The notes beneath the pieces are model-generated. The model was not told the origin of the DNA. It worked only from the letters and a program-made list of their open reading frames with translations, and did not search any database. From Candidatus Ratteibacteria bacterium (GTDB lineage Bacteria; Ratteibacteria; UBA8468; B48-G9; DTJG01), in the NCBI GenBank assembly GCA_049971295.1, contig JBMFLH010000011.1, positions 1 through 31,556 on the forward strand: 31,556 bases of DNA, written 5' to 3'. Made by a program: the position numbers and the translations under genes. Below are positions 28,678 through 31,556 of the stretch, one piece after another; positions within the stretch are counted from its first letter, which is position 1; the number at the start of each line of letters is the position of its first letter.

Positions 28678-30145
28678 AGAAAAGAATTATCTTGCTATAG
28701 ACATAGGCGCTTCGAGTGGTAAGGCGATCTGTGGAACATTGAAACACGGAAAAATGACTTTGAATGAAGTATTCAGATTTGTCAATGAGCCAGTGTTTAT
28801 TAATGGAAGTTTGCACTGGAACATTCTATCTTTATGGACAGACGTACTGAATTGTATTTCAGCGTGCCTGAACCAGGGTTTTGAAAATATTGCGTCAGTG
28901 GGAATTGATACGTGGGGAGTTGATTTTGTCCTTTTGGATGAGATGGGACATGTTTTGCAGAATCCATTTCATTATAGAGACACAATTACCTCAGATGTTG
29001 AAAAATTGATTGAAGATAAAATACGCGAACAAGACCTTTATGAAATTACAGGGCTCCGGATAAGCAGGGTAACAACACTTTCTCAGATAATTTCGTTGAA
29101 AATGAAATCTCGATGGCTTTTTGATGTTGCCAGGACTTTCTTGATGATGCCAGATTTTTTTAGATATCTATTGTCTGGAAATATTGCGTGTGAACTGACA
29201 AACGCCGGATCATCTCAATTACTTGATATTCATACAAAAAATTGGAGCAGAAAAATTTTTGACACCTTTATCCTTCCTTTGGATATCATGCCTGAAATTA
29301 TTTCTCCCGGCACTATAGCAGGAAAGTTACGGAGGGAAATATCAGAAAAATTTCATTGTAAGGATACGAATGTTTCTGTGGTGGCCGGACATGACACAGC
29401 ATCTGCAGCAGCTGCGGTGCCATTTGTTGACCAGAATACACTATTTATCAGTTCCGGAACATGGGCAGTGTTTGGATTGATTGCAAAATTCCCACAAACA
29501 AATGAAGAAACCTTTAGAGCCAGATTTATAAATGAACCTGGATTCGACTGTGTATTGATTGTGAGAAATATGGCTGGCCTTTATTTGTTTGAAAATTTTT
29601 ACAGGAGACTTCTTGGAAAAGACAGGAAAATCACTTACAGGAAAATGATATAATCTGCAATGGATTCCAACGGATTTCAGGTGTTTCTTAATCCCAATGA
29701 TAATCTTTTTTTCTCCATAGAAGATGGAGAGATAGCACTCAAAAAATACTGTGACTTTACAGGTCAAAAGTACCCGGAGAAAATGTCCGACATATTGAGA
29801 GCAATTCTTGAAGGAATTGCTTTAAGTTTTAAAAAGCCCCTTGAGGATATTCAGGCATGTACAGGAAGAACTTTTGAAAAGATATGTATTGTAGGAGGTG
29901 GAGTAAAAAATAAACTATTGTGCCAGATGATTGCAGATGCCACAGGTTTGCAGGTGATTACAGGACCATCTGAGGCAGCAGCTGTTGGCAATCTTTGTAT
30001 TCAAGCATTTGCTGATGGTGAAATTCAAGATGTTTCCAGCATTAGAAACATGGCTGCAAGTTCCTGCAAAGTGAATGTGTTTCAGCCAAAGAATACTGAT
30101 AGTTGGGAGAAACAATATAAAAAGTTCAAACACTTATATTTTTAA
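28670..30145 (+). pseudogene. Rhamnulokinase-like FGGY carbohydrate kinase interrupted by one in-frame TAA (29651-29653)
   Basis: ORFs 28670-29653 and 29660-30145 share a frame (offset 990). IDIGASSG, GIDTWGVD, YRD, GHDTASA and SSGTW precede the stop; RAILEG, VGGG, QMIADATG and GPSEA follow it. Confidence 0.8.
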
Positions 30146-30157
30146 AAAGGAGACATT

Positions 30158-31498
30158 ATGGAAAGATATCATTTACCTGAAATTTTTCTTAACACGCTTG
30201 ACGGAATTGATTTGAAGACGCATATCATTGCAACATATTATATGAAAGACAGACTTCAAGAAGCCCAGTTCATCGACCATTTTGAGCTTCTTCAATCAAT
30301 TGCACTCGAAGGTTCAACAGGTACTTGGGAAAAGGTCGAAGAGGATACAGAACAGGTTAGAAAAACACTTTCAGGAAAACTTGTTGGATATTATGAAATT
30401 CCAGTTGAGGATAAATTTACAAAAGAAGCAGTGGTTCAGTTTGCTTTTCCAATTTACGCCTGGATTGATAATCTTCCTATGATGTTGCTGTCAATAGCAG
30501 GAAACTGTTTTGCCTATTCTCATCACCTGAGGCTTCTTGATATCTTTTTACCCCAGGACATCCTGGAAAAATTTTCGGGTCCGAAATTTGGGGTAGAGGG
30601 GATTAGAAAAATAACGGGCGTAAAAGAAAGGCCATTTTCCCTTCACATTATCAAACCAAAGATGGGAATGACTCCAGAGCAGGTTGCTAATCAGGTTTAT
30701 CAAACCGCACTTGGTGGCGTTGATATGGTGAAAGATGACGAAATGACATCTGATGTTTATAACAATACTTACCTTGATAGGTTAGATGCTGTGCTTGAAA
30801 AACTGTATCAGGCAGAAAAGCACACAGGGAAAAAGGTGATTTATTTTTTGAGCATTACCCATGAACCTGATAAAATTGTTGAACGTGCACACAAGGCAAT
30901 CAAGTATGGTGCCACAGGGCTGTTGATTACTTATTCAGCAGGGTTGCCTGTATTGAGACAAATTGCCTCTGACCCAGAAATTAATGTACCAATTTTGTGG
31001 CATGCATCTCACATGATTGCTGCTCAACCAAGAATTTCCTGGCCTGTATTTGCAAAACTTGCCAGAATTTGCGGCGCAGATTTAATGCTCACGCCAACAT
31101 ACTGGTCTTCAATTCCAATGGTGAGTATGGAAGAAGGTCTTCGTACTGCACATGTGAAACTTGCACCCCTTGGAAAAATCAGACAAACATTTCCAATGCC
31201 ATGCGCAGGAGTATATCCCGGGTTGGCTCCAATTCTTATTGGAGAATATGGGCCGGACATTGTGATACCTGCTGGCGGAGGGATGCTTGGTCATCCAGAT
31301 GGATATACAGCTGGTGCTGCTGCATGGCAGCAGGCAATAGCAGCAGTTATGGAAGGTATACATATTGTGGAATATGCTAAAAGACCAGAAAATCAAGCAT
31401 TAAGAAGAGCGATTGAAAAATGGGGATATATTGAAAGACCTAAAACTCCATGGTTGAGAATTGCTCCACAATTTCATCCAAAGAAAATGGAAATATAA
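30158..31498 (+). CDS. RuBisCO-like protein (form IV RLP)
   Basis: EGSTGTW, AGN, GPKFGVEGIR, IIKPKMG, GGVDMVKDDE and AGGGMLGHPDG. Several RuBP-specific residues are substituted; SD AAGGAG. Confidence 0.9.
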   Translation: MERYHLPEIFLNTLDGIDLKTHIIATYYMKDRLQEAQFIDHFELLQSIALEGSTGTWEKVEEDTEQVRKTLSGKLVGYYEIPVEDKFTKEAVVQFAFPIYAWIDNLPMMLLSIAGNCFAYSHHLRLLDIFLPQDILEKFSGPKFGVEGIRKITGVKERPFSLHIIKPKMGMTPEQVANQVYQTALGGVDMVKDDEMTSDVYNNTYLDRLDAVLEKLYQAEKHTGKKVIYFLSITHEPDKIVERAHKAIKYGATGLLITYSAGLPVLRQIASDPEINVPILWHASHMIAAQPRISWPVFAKLARICGADLMLTPTYWSSIPMVSMEEGLRTAHVKLAPLGKIRQTFPMPCAGVYPGLAPILIGEYGPDIVIPAGGGMLGHPDGYTAGAAAWQQAIAAVMEGIHIVEYAKRPENQALRRAIEKWGYIERPKTPWLRIAPQFHPKKMEI

Positions 31499-31556
31499 TG
31501 GAGATGGACGGAAAGACAGAAGCATTATTCACACACTCTACGGCGCAGACAAAACT
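31498..31556 (+). CDS. Possible 5' end of the next operon gene (MEMDGKTEALFTHSTAQTK...)
   Basis: TAATG stop/start overlap with the RLP gene; frame open to the window edge. Too short to identify. Confidence 0.3.
   Translation, partial: MEMDGKTEALFTHSTAQTK

Noticed and set aside
29651..29653. Stop-codon reassignment or programmed readthrough of TAA
   Set aside because: TAA terminates many genes in this window at expected lengths, only one internal case exists, and Sec/Pyl use TGA/TAG.
247..31396. Numerous 60-141 aa alternate-frame and antisense ORFs in the track
   Set aside because: They lie within or largely overlap well-supported longer genes and lack motifs; they are consistent with shadow ORFs.
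30158..31498. Bona fide carbon-fixing RuBisCO (rbcL/cbbM)
   Set aside because: R295, H327, K334 and S379 equivalents appear substituted, and no rbcS, prk or AMP-pathway genes are in the window.
1..31556. CRISPR arrays, tRNA/rRNA genes, IS elements, integrases, long repeats
   Set aside because: No spaced direct repeats, cloverleaf structures, transposase/integrase ORFs or terminal inverted repeats were seen by eye, and nearly all sequence is explained by CDSs.

Overview
AT-rich bacterial window with two blocks and no recognisable rRNA, tRNA, CRISPR or mobile element. (A) ~1-19.4 kb is a co-oriented, tightly packed surface-glycan (O-antigen/capsule/EPS-type) locus. It holds a Wzx flippase, two ~630-aa orphan GT-B-like proteins, two NeuA/KdsB-like cytidylyltransferases (one with degenerate motifs), a D-2-hydroxyacid dehydrogenase, a radical SAM/twitch enzyme, a TIM-barrel epimerase, an SDR, two methyltransferases, a DegT aminotransferase, GT2/GT4 transferases, an inserted papain-like peptidase and an AsnB-type amidotransferase. 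(B) ~20-31.5 kb holds an M24-fold protein with altered metal ligands, a sensor diguanylate cyclase, an atypical SDR + DHDPS-family pair, a P-type ATPase, and an RpiR regulator / FGGY (rhamnulokinase-like) kinase / form IV RuBisCO-like protein operon. The kinase is split by one in-frame TAA. Between the blocks is an uncalled 21-aa Lys/Ala-rich micro-ORF with a 12-nt perfect Shine-Dalgarno and its own terminator. The best candidates for undescribed biology are the RLP catabolic operon with its HexR-like operator, the micro-ORF, and the unusual CMP-sugar pathway. All functional calls come from reading motifs by eye; no database searches were run.
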